This document shows, in pieces, positions 41,301 to 54,923 of a DNA stretch of 64,000 nucleotides. Numbering within the stretch: the stretch's first letter is position 1; every line of letters begins with the position of its first letter. Source of the DNA: Trichoplax sp. H2 (taxonomy: Eukaryota); contig NOWV01000109.1 of the NCBI GenBank assembly GCA_003344405.1, positions 186,001 to 250,000 of the forward strand. Reading direction: 5' to 3'. A program made the translations under genes and the position numbers. The notes below the pieces were generated by a model. It searched no databases and was not told where the DNA came from. It was given only the letters and a program-made list of their open reading frames with translations.

Positions 41301-43108
41301 GCTGATAATTATCTAGCATCATCCTTAATTTAAAAAAAATCTTTTACACTATGGATTAGCATAAATACAGTGATTCAACTGAACAGCAATTCAATAAGAA
41401 ACACCAATCATTTTTATGAACAACCATAGGGTTTTAAATATCGTTTCTGTAAATCGCATTAAAATGGGCTAACGGCATGATATCACCTAACATCAATATT
41501 ACTTAAAGAATCATTATATACTAAGACATCAGCATAGCTAGAGTGACTGAATTGAATATCAGCATTTAATACCAATCTTTATGAATAAACTACGTATAAC
41601 GATGAAATACGGTGTTTGAGTATTTCGTACTAGAATAGCTAATGATTATAAGGCACCAACGGTAATTAAAAATATTTCGATCATGATGATTAGCGTGGCT
41701 TGAATGATTTAAGTGAAATACAGTTTAGTACATAACACTAATCTTTTGCAAATAGTTATAGCGTTTAAATACTGCTTTTGTATATTATACTAAAGTAGCG
41801 AACGATTCTCTGACGCCAACACAAATTATAAAATCATTTAAACTATGATAAATCATCATGGCTAGAGTGATTTAACTGAATAGCAATCTCGTATAGAACC
41901 CTATTACATTACTTATCTATAAACATCCAAAGTATAGTGATTCATCACTACTGTATTTCAGTATATCATACTAACATGGCTGATGATGATCAGACACTAA
42001 TATTATTTATTGACAATGAACTAAAAATCATTTTAAGAACATAATCCAATAGTTGGAGCAAGAAAGAACGTAATTTTGAAGCAATGTTGATCTTTAAGCA
42101 AGAGTTATTGTATTGTAGGGCATCATTAAGTTAAGTAGATTGCTTGAAACCTTCAATTTTAGCTATAGTCAAGAAAGCATTTTCTTTGATCTATTTTAAA
42201 CATGTCACGTTTGAATTATTGTATTTATGGTGATTTGTTTTATTTATTCTACTGCTTGCCAAGACTCCTTGTCCAGTACATTTACTATTTCTAGTATCGA
42301 GCATAACACACCGTCGTCCGTTTTTGATCCAATTCTACTTGCTATTCCAAGAAAAACTAAACTTACTTTACTTCCCTATCTACATCAATTCATTGATTGT
42401 TGTAATACAGTCTTGGGTTGCATTGCCAATTGAATCTTTGAACATCATGATGAATAACTACAATACATTTAAGACTTCCACTCGTGACCATTTAGCTGTT
42501 CGATACTTGTTTATTGTATCATGGATACTGTTCAATTCTACATTACTGTATAACATCCATGATGAGATCCAAAGCAAATTTGAAATGATGCCAATTTTAC
42601 TTAATATAGACAATCTCCTGTCAACATGACTACTGTCTATATATCGATGAATGTTGTAAATGTGGGATATTTGCTAATGAGATTGGTTACCCATTCGGCT
42701 AACTCATACATAAGATGTTGCATTATCCTATCAAAGACAGTCTCTACGCTGTAGTTACTCATTTGTCTATCAATAGATCCATTTACCTAACTTCGGTACA
42801 GGTTGGGTATCCCAAAACTTGAAAGTTTTGGATGCTGCTTCAGCAGTACTCTTGGCTGGTCGTTGATTTGCCGACATTAATTCCATTGCCTTTTGTAACG
42901 ATTTCAAATCAGCCATGGAAGGCGCTTTCTCTCCACTTGTTCCTTCATCGCTGGCTTTTCCTTTATCTTTCGACTTTTTGCTCTTCTTACCTATTGTAGA
43001 CTTTTTCTCATCCTCTGTTGTTGCTAATTTAGCATCAGAATCGGATGTTGTTGGCTGATCAGCGCCAGGATGATCGGCTATATCTTGCAAACCTTCGTTG
43101 GACGCCAT
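38396..43108 (-). CDS. NMT1: Glycylpeptide N-myristoyltransferase
   Basis: [104 protein letters not shown], ending IGLVLQ*. ~2.2 kb first intron. Confidence 0.97.
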
Positions 43109-44387
43109 GTTGCTGTCGATGGGATAATGCTGAGTAGCTCCTTGGTAACAATCAATTCACTGTAGACGAGTGAAAATTGGTACTGTAGCTAGAGTAGGGT
43201 ACATACTGTAGCCAATCCAATGAAATCCTCTTCAGTAAGGTATCATTCTATACACTACCCTATCTCCAGCGTCTTGTACTGTAGCCTGGCATTTACAGTG
43301 CACAGTACATTGTCGGGGTCAAAGTACTGTAGAAGATATTGTAGACATGCAGTCCACCACGATAGTGGTTTACTATGGCTGATGGATCGGCAAAAGGGAT
43401 TGGCGCAAGACGCTGATGGTCTCTTACCTCAGCAACAACAATTATGTATCCCTATGGAATACTAGAGAAACCTTTTCTTCACTGGTGAAACGAGAAAAAG
43501 CTTTCTCTTACCTCTACACTGTGCACACTAGCTTACAGATGTACGAGACGTAGACGATACGTATAGTATGTCTTAATAATGGAAATAGTACACATCAAGT
43601 ACAAATATTCCGTAGATGTATTGTATAAACGATCATGGCTACAGAATATATATATATACACTGTTAATGATAAATTACAACCAATCTAAGATTAAATGAA
43701 TTAATGGATTAGTGATTCATTAATGAGTAATAAATGAATATTTACTACACCCATTGCAGATAACTGCGGTGGAATATTACTTCAATGAACAGCCACTCTT
43801 TTGTGCTGAAATTGTTTTTTATGGCATAAATTGACTTTAAAAAGTGAATCAGCAAGATCTGTGCAAATGCTAATCTTATCTCAATGAAATAGTCATATTA
43901 ATTCATGTCAACACCAAATCTATCGAAAACAAATCCACATCAACAGGTAGATATGTGCAATATCAATTTTTCTCATTGATAATGATAACTGATTGCAAAT
44001 GGCGCTAATGTCAATAACGTGCGTCAGGTGAATAGATCCTAGTATTGGATCATAAAGATAAATTCGCGTTAAGAAATTATTTTACTAAATGTCCATTTTA
44101 AAAATAATTAATATTAAATTGAATCAACCATGAGGTCGATGTGAATGGATTATAATGAACACTCATCCAATTCGTTATAGTGCATCCTTGAAATTGAATG
44201 ATGCAAATAATATAATAATGTCGAGTGAATTCAGCATTAATAGCCTTTCCAAGATAACTTTACATAAATAATAAAAATATACTTGTGGCAGCCTGTCTGC
44301 GTGCAAATGCAAACTTACGTGTACATCTATAAGCATATACAGGCTGTAAACGTGACAAGAGCTGACTTAATATTTTATAAATAACAC

Positions 44388-47300
44388 CTAATCTACTTCA
44401 TATGCTAAGTATGGACTAAGCCATTTTTCAACGGTCTCTAACTCCATTTCTTTTCTATTGGCATAGTCTTCAACCTAAACATACAACACCGTCCATTCAA
44501 TGATTTCATCTTAAGCAATCTTACTAATGTGACTTGGAGTAAAATGCATCAAACTATATGCTTTACAAGTACAGTAACGTGTAATAGTAGATTACACTCA
44601 ATCATTTACCTGGTCTTTCGTGATTTTTCCAACAGCAAAATAAGCTGATACGGCATTGGCAAAATATAAACCGCAGACCGATGCGGCAGGATTCATAGCT
44701 AAAGATTCCGTCAATGTTATACCTAGTTCATCAGCACCTAATAATTTCCACATAGTAATTTTCTCTGTATGATCCGGCTGGCTGGGATAGCCCGGTGCAG
44801 GACGTATTCCCTGTCAAAATTTTAAACCAAAGAGATAGAATTAAATTTTTACCCATTTATAGTTACTTCCTAAGTCAAAAGTCAAATGTCATAGATCAGT
44901 ATTCGCAAAAATATAATAATCAAACTCCTTTTACCTCGTATTTAATGCTATGTAGATCATGTGCCGCTAATTCTTCGTTAGCGCTGTATCCCCAAAATTC
45001 CTTACGTGTACGTTCATGCATTAACTCCGCAAAAGCTTCCGCCAATCTATCGGCTAGAGCTTTGGCCATAATGATATTATAATCGTCATTATTTTCTGCA
45101 AATTCGCTACAAATGTCATCGATACCAAAGCCTGCTGAAAGCGCAAATAGCCCAATATAATCTTCGCAGGCACTCTTCTTTGGTGCAATAAAATCAGATA
45201 TACAATAGCACGGGCTTTGGCGACTAGAATCAAGATTAGCCTTGTAAAATGATAAACAGCAATTAAATTAAATCAGTACTTCAAAAGAAAAATGAAACTA
45301 CCAAAATCAAATAAAGCCTAATAATCTAAACCTGTTGGCGTAGCCCATGTAATACCGCAATGACTTCATTTCTGTTATCATCCAAAACTTCAATATCATC
45401 TCCATTGCTTCTAGCCGGATAATAGGCGACCACCCCACGTGCTACTAAACGTTTATTACGAATAATATTTTCTAGCATATTTTGCCCCTCATCAAATACT
45501 CTTTTAGCTTCCTTTCCTATATCAATTAATTTCAATCTTAGATCTACACATTCTAATACAATTACCAACTAGTGCAAATCGCTCATAAAATTTTTTTATT
45601 AACATGAAAATGTGATAGTTTTTTAGATTCTAGTAACGTTAAAGTTACTACAGTTTTAATTGAATATCTTATTACTGTAAAAGGCACTTATAAAACCAAC
45701 CTATGTTTTCATCTCGAAAGATTTTTGGGTAGCCTCTATTAGGGTACTTTCCTCGTAATTGCCAAACGTCAAAAAAAGGCTTCCAGTCAATATATGGCAC
45801 AATCTCTTCCAAGTTGTAATCATCGAACATCTTTCGTCCGAGAAAGGAAGGCCGAACTATTGTACGTAATAGTTAATGCACTTATTGATAATGTAATGAT
45901 GCCTGTATAAGAGGTAATTCAACGATTATTAATCTACCTGGCAACGTATTAGTCCAATCAATTGGTAGTTGTTTGCTACGAGCAACATCTAAAGAAAAGT
46001 ACTTTCGTTCCTAATTCGATTAAGCCATACAGAAATCTATTATCGTCATTTTCATGAAATCTTGACACCGTGTTAATAATTTTATCGAAATTTAAATTTT
46101 AATCTGGAGAACTCATAGGCGTATACCGGCTACCTTAAGTGATTCATAATAATCCTCTCTTATGTCACAATATTCTTCTTGAATCTCTTCCATAAAGTCA
46201 TCACGCGCGGAATCGTCTAATAAAGCTGCAACCTAAATTATGGAAGAACGATAGTGCGCTTTGAACTACAAATGCAGCGCATAAATTTACGTACAAATCA
46301 AATCGAGCTCAAAGTAGTATCGTTACTTACGACAACTACACTTTTCGAAGCGTCTTGTACATGTACAACAGGGCTGTTATAGCGTGGAGCAATTTTAACA
46401 GCCGTATGGGTTCTAATATTAAAAAATGAGAATACACATTTAACTAGTATAGATTTATTAGCAAATAAATAGTGAGATTATCTAACCTAGAGGTTGTAGC
46501 CCCACCAATCAGTAGTGGTAATTTACAATTTGTCCGCTTCATCTCAGAAGCAACGTGGATCATCTCTCCTAATGAAGGCGTTATAAGACCAGATACTCCG
46601 ATAATATCTGTTTCATATAGAAATATTCTTTCAATTCCAATTGCTATAAATAGACTGTCATCTATCCAATCTATATGCAGTCAAACAATAAAGTTGATAG
46701 TACGCTATACCAGCTTCATGATCGATTGCAGCTTTCAAAATTTTATCGCAAGAAACCATTACTCCTAAATCAATAATCCTTATAAAAATAAATACGAGAA
46801 AAGAAATTCGTTTAATACAATGTTAAATCGTTCAGTTTCATCGACTAGACTATGCTTACTTGTAGTTGTTGCACGCCAAAACGACACCAACAATATTTTT
46901 ACCGATATCATGTACATCGCCCTTTACAGTTGCCATGACAATTATTCCTTTATGGGACTCCTAGTTATTGTGATATTCATCGATGTATCATAGATAGTTT
47001 TATCTAATAAAAAGCGCATTTATAGATGTGTACGCACCTTATACTCACCACCACCTGCAAGTCGTATCTGCTCTTGCTTTTCTTTTTCCATAAAAGGGAT
47101 TAAATGGGCTACCGCCTTCTTCATAACTCTGGCCGACTTAATGACCTAAGTTGTTAATACAATATAATTTTATCAAGTTTATTTTTTGTAGATAACCGTC
47201 ATCAAAATTCTATCTACATAATCTACAAAATATGATAACACATACTTGAGGAAGGAACATCTTTCCAGAACCAAAGAGATCACCCACAACATTCATCCCC

Positions 47301-50300
47301 TATCATAAGGTGCATATACGCAACAGGATTAACCCTTAGTTCTAAGAATTGTGTCTGTAAATTTGCTGCGAGGTAGGGTATTACTGTACGTACCTTCATC
47401 AAAGGCCCTTCTATGACGTTTAATGGGCGAGGATATTTTTCAGTGCATTTACGAGCTTCTTCCGTGTCTTCCACAATATACTTATCAATGCCCTAAGAAG
47501 TTATTTGCGCTAAGTAATTTATTTATCATTATTCAAGAAGAATACTCAAAGTGCAATATAGCATTACTTTAATCAATGCGTATTCAATTCTGTTGTCAAT
47601 ACTCGTATGTCGCCAATCTTCATCAACTTCCGCACGTTTTGAGCCATCGGATTTTAATTTTTGTCCATATTCCAACATCTTTTCAGTCCCTAGCGGATCC
47701 CTATTCCATAGCAAATTTTCACAGAGTAATAGTAAATCTTTTGGTATATCGTCGTATACAGGTAAGCTTCCAGCATTAACAATACCCATATCCATCCCAG
47801 CCTAATGAGGACAAATAATAGGTTAAATGTCATTCTAATATTTAAACCTATTATGGAGTGGATAACCATACACTTACTGAAATAAAGGCTTATTTTCACA
47901 TCGTACCTTTATAGCATGATACAAAAACACGCTGTGCATAGCTTCTCTAATTGCATCAAGGCCCCGAAAAGAAAACGAAAAATTAGAAACACCACCACTG
48001 ACTCTGGCTCGAGGTAAAGTTGCCTAGGAGAATGTAATCATAAAATTTATCTTAGTTACTAATAAATGCTCGCAAATCTAGCTTTTGTAATAATTTGATG
48101 AAAGACAATTGATGAAAAAATTTGTCCTTAAATCAATATAGAATACCGAACACAATATTCAAATATTTACTTTAATCATTCTTATAGCTTCGATATAATC
48201 GATGCCATAGCGATTGTGTTCCTCAACACCAGTGGCGATGGTTAAAATGTTAGGATCAAAGATGATATCATTTGGGTTATAACCAACTTCGTTAACAAGC
48301 AGGTTATAAGATCGCGTGCAGATCTCAACTTTGCGTTTAAAGTCAGATGCCTATTTCGAATCATTAAATCGAATCAAACGAATAAACGGAGCATTAATAA
48401 CTGCGTCAGAACTCTATTTTAAGTTGCTTTAAAATTTGAGATGGTTTATTTAAAAAACATTACTTGTCCCTGTTCATCGAATGCCATAACAACAACAGCT
48501 GCTCCAAATTTTTGCAAAATCTTAGCCTTTTCAAAAAAACCGTCTTCTCCATCTTTCAAGCTTATGCTATTAACAATACACTTGCCTTGAGACGATTTTA
48601 ATCCAGCTAGAATAATATCAAAGTTTGACGAATCAATGCAGACTGGCACCTATAGGAGCAAATACACATAAGAGGATGTATTTTCAATTAAAATACTGAG
48701 AATAATCACTAGGATAAAGGATACACTAGCAGGAAGCATCGAAAGTGATTTGTTTGCCTACTTTAGCAATTTCCGGTTCTGAGCAAATAAGATTTAAAAA
48801 TCTTCTCATACAGTCTACTCCTTCCAAGAGACCATCGTCCATATTGATATCTAAAATTTGGGCGCCTAAATCAACCTGTGCTTTCGCAACAGATAATGCT
48901 TCCTAACGTAATAAAAAAAAATAGTTCATCCCTTTGTATAAATAACTATGAAATAGCTTAAGTCCATTGCCTTTATTGTATTATAATATATAAAAGTAGA
49001 TGTTCTATTTAGTAAATGTAATACAATATTACATCGAATTGTCCATTGGAGATTAATCTAGCAAAACGCTTTGATCCTGCAACGTTGCACCTCTCACCAA
49101 TATTTGCGAACAATGAATCAGGTCTGATATACATTGGTTCTAACCCTGTGAATACACGTTTTACTTTTTTAAATACAGGAGAATATTTCAATAATACTTG
49201 CATAAAATATGGCAACTCGTTTATGCTAAATTTACCAGATAAAGTAAGAACATCTCGAAATAGAGTCTTTGGTAATTTTCTTGGAGCAAACGATTGAACT
49301 GATTTCGATATCTCCCTAAAATAGTGATCATATTATTTAGTTACACATGTGATATTACCAAATAGGTTGCTCGCATGAGGATAAAAGTCATACCGAATGT
49401 GATCCGGCGTTGTACCACAGCAACCACCAACAATATTTACTAAACCATCTTTAGCAAATTCCTAATAAATTGATTGTGGGTTAGTTCGGTGTCCTTTGTC
49501 TTAAAAATGGGGAATACTCTGAATCACTATTTTAAGTTTATCTTACCGATAAATAACTTGCTGTAACTTCCGGCGTTTCGTCATAATTACCGAAAGCGTT
49601 TGGTAAGCCTTTATAAATGTATATACAATATGCTTCAAATCCAATATCAACCATTTAAACTTTGTTAATAAATGATATCAAAAGCATTAACTTTACCTGC
49701 GTTAGGATAACAGCTAACATAGGTAGGTGTGACCAATCCTAGAGCCTCAATAAAGAATCTTATCTCCTTGGCTCCAAGGGCACAATTTAAGCCAAGACTA
49801 CAAGTAAAATAATGAAACCGGAATAGTTTTACATATGCATATATACAAGTGATAAATGTCTGCTACACACTTATTTAATCATACCAAAATGGCTTTCTAT
49901 GACTGACTGAAATAACAAATGCCTCCGTCGTTTGACCACTTAATGTGCGACCACTTTTGTCAACAATCGTTCCAGATACCTACGTCATAATTATTAATGC
50001 ATATATTTGTCTATAATTATTGTGTAGCTTTCATATGAAGTTATTAACGTCTTAAATATAATTCATATCTGATAAAAATAGACATTATTCTATAGTGTAT
50101 TGGATTATAAAGTAAAAAACTGGAAAACAAAGTTGGCTATTATATAATTTTATAAGAATACTTACAAATACCGGAACACGTCGATACCCGTTTTCAAATG
50201 CAGTATCTATAGCGTATATTGCCGCCTATCAAATGAAGATTAATGGTTTACTACTATAGGGTCTTATCTGTAACCAATACGTAACGAAAACGGCCTATGT

Positions 50301-51634
50301 AACCTTTGCGTTAGCAGTGTCAAAGATAGTCTCAACCATTAAAATATCAGCACCTCCGTCCAAAAGTCCACGAATGGCTTCCATATATGAGTCAGCCATT
50401 TCATCAAAAGCTATAAAACAAACAGATTTGAACTATATTAGCTAATTATAATTAATTATTCAATCACAATAACTGTCTCGAATATCCTTTTAGGTCATTA
50501 GGAAAGAAAATTTAAAATTGCATATAATTTTTACTTGTTGCTCTATAATCAGGCCTTTCAACCGAAGGCGATATTGATAAAGTTTTGTTTGTAGGTCCAA
50601 GTGCACCAATAACAAAACGGGGTATACCTAAGGTAAGTGAATTATACATAGTGACGCGATGAATTATTCCAATATCATAATAAGGATATAAAGTTGAAAC
50701 AGAAGATAATCAACCTGTTTCATCTGAGACAATTTGTGTAGCCTTTTTGGCAATTTTAGCAGCAGCTAAATTAATATCATAAGTTAAATGTTGAGTCTTA
50801 TAGTCAGTTTGAGAAATAACAGTGCCATTGAAAGTATTGGTTTCTATAAAATCAGCTCCAGCATAGAGATAATCCTATAAAATAGAAAAAAAGGAATGGA
50901 ATTGAGCAATATGTTGTTATCACGATTGAAAGGGGCCTAAAATGGATAAAGTTACAACTTACTAACCAGATGGATGCCGTATATTATTTCTGGTTGGGTC
51001 AGACATAATATATCGTTATTGCCTTTCAAATCTTTACAGTGATCCTTCAATAAATCTCCTAAGAATATCAATGGTGTATCATCGTTATTCCATTCTTGTT
51101 GCTTGACATTGACGATGTTCAATAGCATACGTACTGTACTTGGCAACTTGATAATGCTATACACTGTATATGTCTCATTTTTAATGTTTGGATACAATCG
51201 TTGATGCATGCACAAAAGAATATTTCAAGGAGTTGAAAGATTTACAATAGTCTGTAAGCTATCAAACGTGCATATTGCACATTTTGTTCCATTTTGAAAC
51301 CTTAAAATTGAACTATTCTACGCATTACAGGCCGATTATGGCATGACATTACGATTAAACTTAGGATTGGCTAAGAAATAGACATTTTTTTCATGGTTGC
51401 ATAAATGTAATATTAATGAATTATTAATTGATCTCGTTCTGCATCACTTTTGTATTCTAATTTGGCGTAACCAGAAAAGCAATTGTTTTTAAGAAATTGA
51501 TGTCGTCATGAAAATGGTCTGCTTACCTCGGAATGTCTCTTCGTCCAGAAATTTTTCTTGAATCATGGTTCCCATGGCACCATCCATGATCATGATCCTC
51601 TGGTCGAGAATGTCAGTTAGCAGCTGTGTCAGCT
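44388..51634 (-). CDS. MTR: Cobalamin-dependent methionine synthase (about 30 exons; first exon not located)
   Basis: [88 protein letters not shown] (B12 motif), [17 protein letters not shown], ending [11 protein letters not shown]. Confidence 0.97.
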
Positions 51635-52678
51635 CTGTCCGAGTAGGACACGCGTAGAATAAAATGGATTGGATTGGAGTTGATTACAAGATAGAAGACT
51701 ATGTAAAGCTATGATCATTTGTATTGATACGATGAGTTTTTACAAATAATTACATGGCTATTTGGATTATGCTATGAATAAAGTATATTGCACTTGATAT
51801 CGATAGTAATGATAGTGATTGTTTTCAGCTGCATTGGTTGTCATTTACAGTTGTTACCGCCTTTGCATAAGCGTACGTCTGGATTGCCAGCGGATTTACT
51901 GTATAGCCTACCTTCATATGCATAAAACTTGATTTTCTCTGGCATTTTGGATTCGTATTGCGTCGAATTTGAACTTTAGGAAATTAGAATATGGTATAGA
52001 AATGTTAAAATGTCAGGCGAGCGAATGCATGGGCTTCCCTGTGTACAAAAGAAAAAGAAGAAACTACATGTTGAATGATGATGTCAATAACACTGCCCCA
52101 TTTAGTATCTATATCAGCAGATATTCCTCATTGAACGATGATCAAAGCTATCAAGTCCATCCTTCATTTTGACTTACTTTGAACTGCTGTAACCCATAAG
52201 TATGGCAATCTAGGTCGTCTAAATCAATCCATGCCACCAAGCTGAGCGTGGAAATTGTCTCAATTTCAATGGCGAGAGAGTGATCGGATCCGATCGTTGA
52301 AATGATGACAGTAGTGACGGATTGCGGTATAGTACCGTACCAGTGTTGTACACTGTACAGTACAGTATTAGATCAGACCTTTACATGGAACATTTTTCAC
52401 CTCCCCTTTCTCCTTTGAGTCCGGTACAGTATTTTGTACTGTAACTCAGTAACAACTACAGTACGTACTGTAGTGGACTGGACATTTTACAATGAACAGT
52501 ATGAGTAGCGTAATTCGATCAAGATGTACAGTATCAAAAGTGCACCTCGCTAGCTACTTATATTCCTCTAAAGTAGAGCAATTTTACGTTAATTTCAGTC
52601 CCCTTTTTTCCCTTTTTATGAGTCTGAAAAGAAAATAAAACACATCCTGTACAGCAGGGACCAACTGTGCTTATACCA

Positions 52679-52987
52679 TTTACTTTGCATTCATTAAAAC
52701 TAGTTATGACTGACTGGTTAGGATCTAAGCTACAGCTCAAACAAGTTCTGACTGGAAATAGTAAATAAATAATCGAATGCAACGTGGCACCGATCGAAAC
52801 GCTTCTTAACCGCCATAGTAAGAGTTTATCTTTGATTTACTTTGCATTCATCAAAGCTAGTTATGACTGACTGGTTAGGATCCAAGCTGCAGCTCAAACA
52901 AGTTCAGACTGGAAATAATAAATAAATAATCGAATGCAACGTGGCACCGATCGAAACGCTTCTTAACCGCCAGACTAAGAGTTTATC
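52679..52987. repeat. ~152 bp near-perfect direct tandem repeat (2 copies)
   Basis: 52679-52830 and 52836-52987: tttactttgcattcat..aa.ctagttatgactgactggttaggatc...cgtggcaccgatcgaaacgcttcttaaccgcca...taagagtttatc. Confidence 0.92.
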
Positions 52988-53139
52988 AACTGCCATGTCA
53001 GCAGTATTGTCGAGCATGCGTACGCTACAGATTGGCTAATGAATTCGCAAATTGATGGCACTTAAAATAGCATCGATAATAAACCTTCTCATTTTCCAAT
53101 GTCTCCAAAATGGTGGATAATCGTGTATCTCCATATTTC

Positions 53140-54130
53140 TACCAGCAATGAAATTAGACTGTTGTCAATCTCCTTAAAGGATGTGCAAAAAATAGCTCAT
53201 AGTGTGACAATACCGTCTGTATTGACATAATCGCCAATTCGTAATGAATGGATAAGCTTTTAAGTTTCAACCTCCAAGGTTCGCAATCCACGAACTCAAA
53301 AATTGAAGGAATCGTTCAAATTCAGCAAATCTCCAATGTGTCACATAATCCTGCAATGACTTCATTAATAAGCACCAACGACTATTCTACTTCACATGCT
53401 GATTGCTTTATATTACCATTCAATTTTTAAACACACCATTATTGCAATGAGCTAAAATCACAATATCTTTGCATTATATTGTAGGTGTACACTGTACAAA
53501 GAAATAGATCGTTGTAAACCTCAAAGAATGCTCAAAAATACTTCATACTCGTATAGGTCAAGAAATAATGCAATGCTGTCAATCTTCTCAAAGAAGATGC
53601 AAAAGAAAAAAACAGTTTATACTGTAGCCCTATATATCTACGTTATCATACTGCATGTGGAAAGAAATAACACAATGTTGTCCATCTTCCAAAAAGAATG
53701 TGCTAAAACAGTTATAGTAATGGTGTATATATGTATGTTACTAGTGTCAAGAAATAGTAAAATATTGTCAATCTCCTCAAGGAATGCGCAAAAATAGTAT
53801 ATAGTAACAAATATATATCTACATAATCATATGTACAAAGAAATGACAAAATATTATAAATCTTCTCAAAGGATGTGCAACATGGCTAATAGTCATATAC
53901 GACTATATCTATACGCGTACGCTACTATATACCAACAAAAAGCAAAATAGGGTAAACCTTCAGAGAACGTGTAAAAAATACGATGTTCAGGGTAATGCGT
54001 ATATCTCGGCATGACTATATATACGGTACTGAGAAATAGTAGAATAACGAAAATCTCCTCAAAGAATAAGTATAATATACTTCATGGAAATATATCCAGA
54101 TGCTGCTATGTGCAAAGGAATAGAAAAAGT
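53140..54130. repeat. Degenerate ~90-110 bp tandem repeat, about 6-8 units
   Basis: Recurring 'aagaaata....aat.ttgtcaatct.ctcaaag.a.tgtgc.aaaa' at ~53150, 53500, 53560, 53660, 53750, 53840 and 54030. Confidence 0.75.
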
Positions 54131-54923
54131 TACACCAGTAGTATCACCATGATGGCTAAGGTTATTCCATAATTTATGGGGAATATTTTAGTGTTATTTA
54201 CTATATTAACTACAAGTCAACGGGCGGCTTACTGTTAGTGAATGAAATATTAGCTGCAGTTATAAAACAACGTAGTTATTAGCCCTAGCCATCGATCATA
54301 ATAGCCAAGAAAACATAGGAGATTATACCGTGCTGTCGTAAGCTAGCCATAAAGCTAACAAGGCTAGAATATAACAGTTGTTTAGACATGAAAATTAGGC
54401 TGAATGACCTCCGAGATGAGGCTGCATTTATTTTTATTAAAGTACTAACGGTTAAGAAAAATCAATTGATTACCATGTGTATCGTACAGAAAACGAATCA
54501 CTTACGTGTGCATATGTTATATATATATATACAAAATTCAATTTTGCAGCGTTTTATCAGATATATCAGTTAGCTGAGAACAAATCGATCTTAACATTTG
54601 AAGCATTACTCAATATAATTCAGTTCTTACAAGATACACAGATGATATACTACTTGCGATCCAGAATTATCAAATGAGTGATGCTGTAATTTCTATGTAG
54701 ATAGGCTGAAGGATATATACCTTCATCCAATATTACTGGTATTGGTGATTACATTAAGGCACAAGTATCAAGAAGAACAAGAGTAATACACGCTAATTTA
54801 TAAAACTATTACCGATAATAATTTCTATTATTACAATGAATATTTTCATTTCATGTTTAAATAATTAAAATTATGGATAAAAATCTGTAGCATGTTTTAG
54901 TTAGTAAGAATAAGATTATAAAA

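Noticed and set aside
42227-43465. Plus-strand ORFs 42227-42433, 42324-42629 and 43220-43465
   Set aside because: They lie antisense in the NMT intron or in its promoter and have no protein-like features.
48712-48726. Minus-strand GTATCCTTT as a U12 donor in MTR (RBM48 is nearby)
   Set aside because: It lies inside an intron that already has a frame-consistent ordinary GT donor at ~48760.
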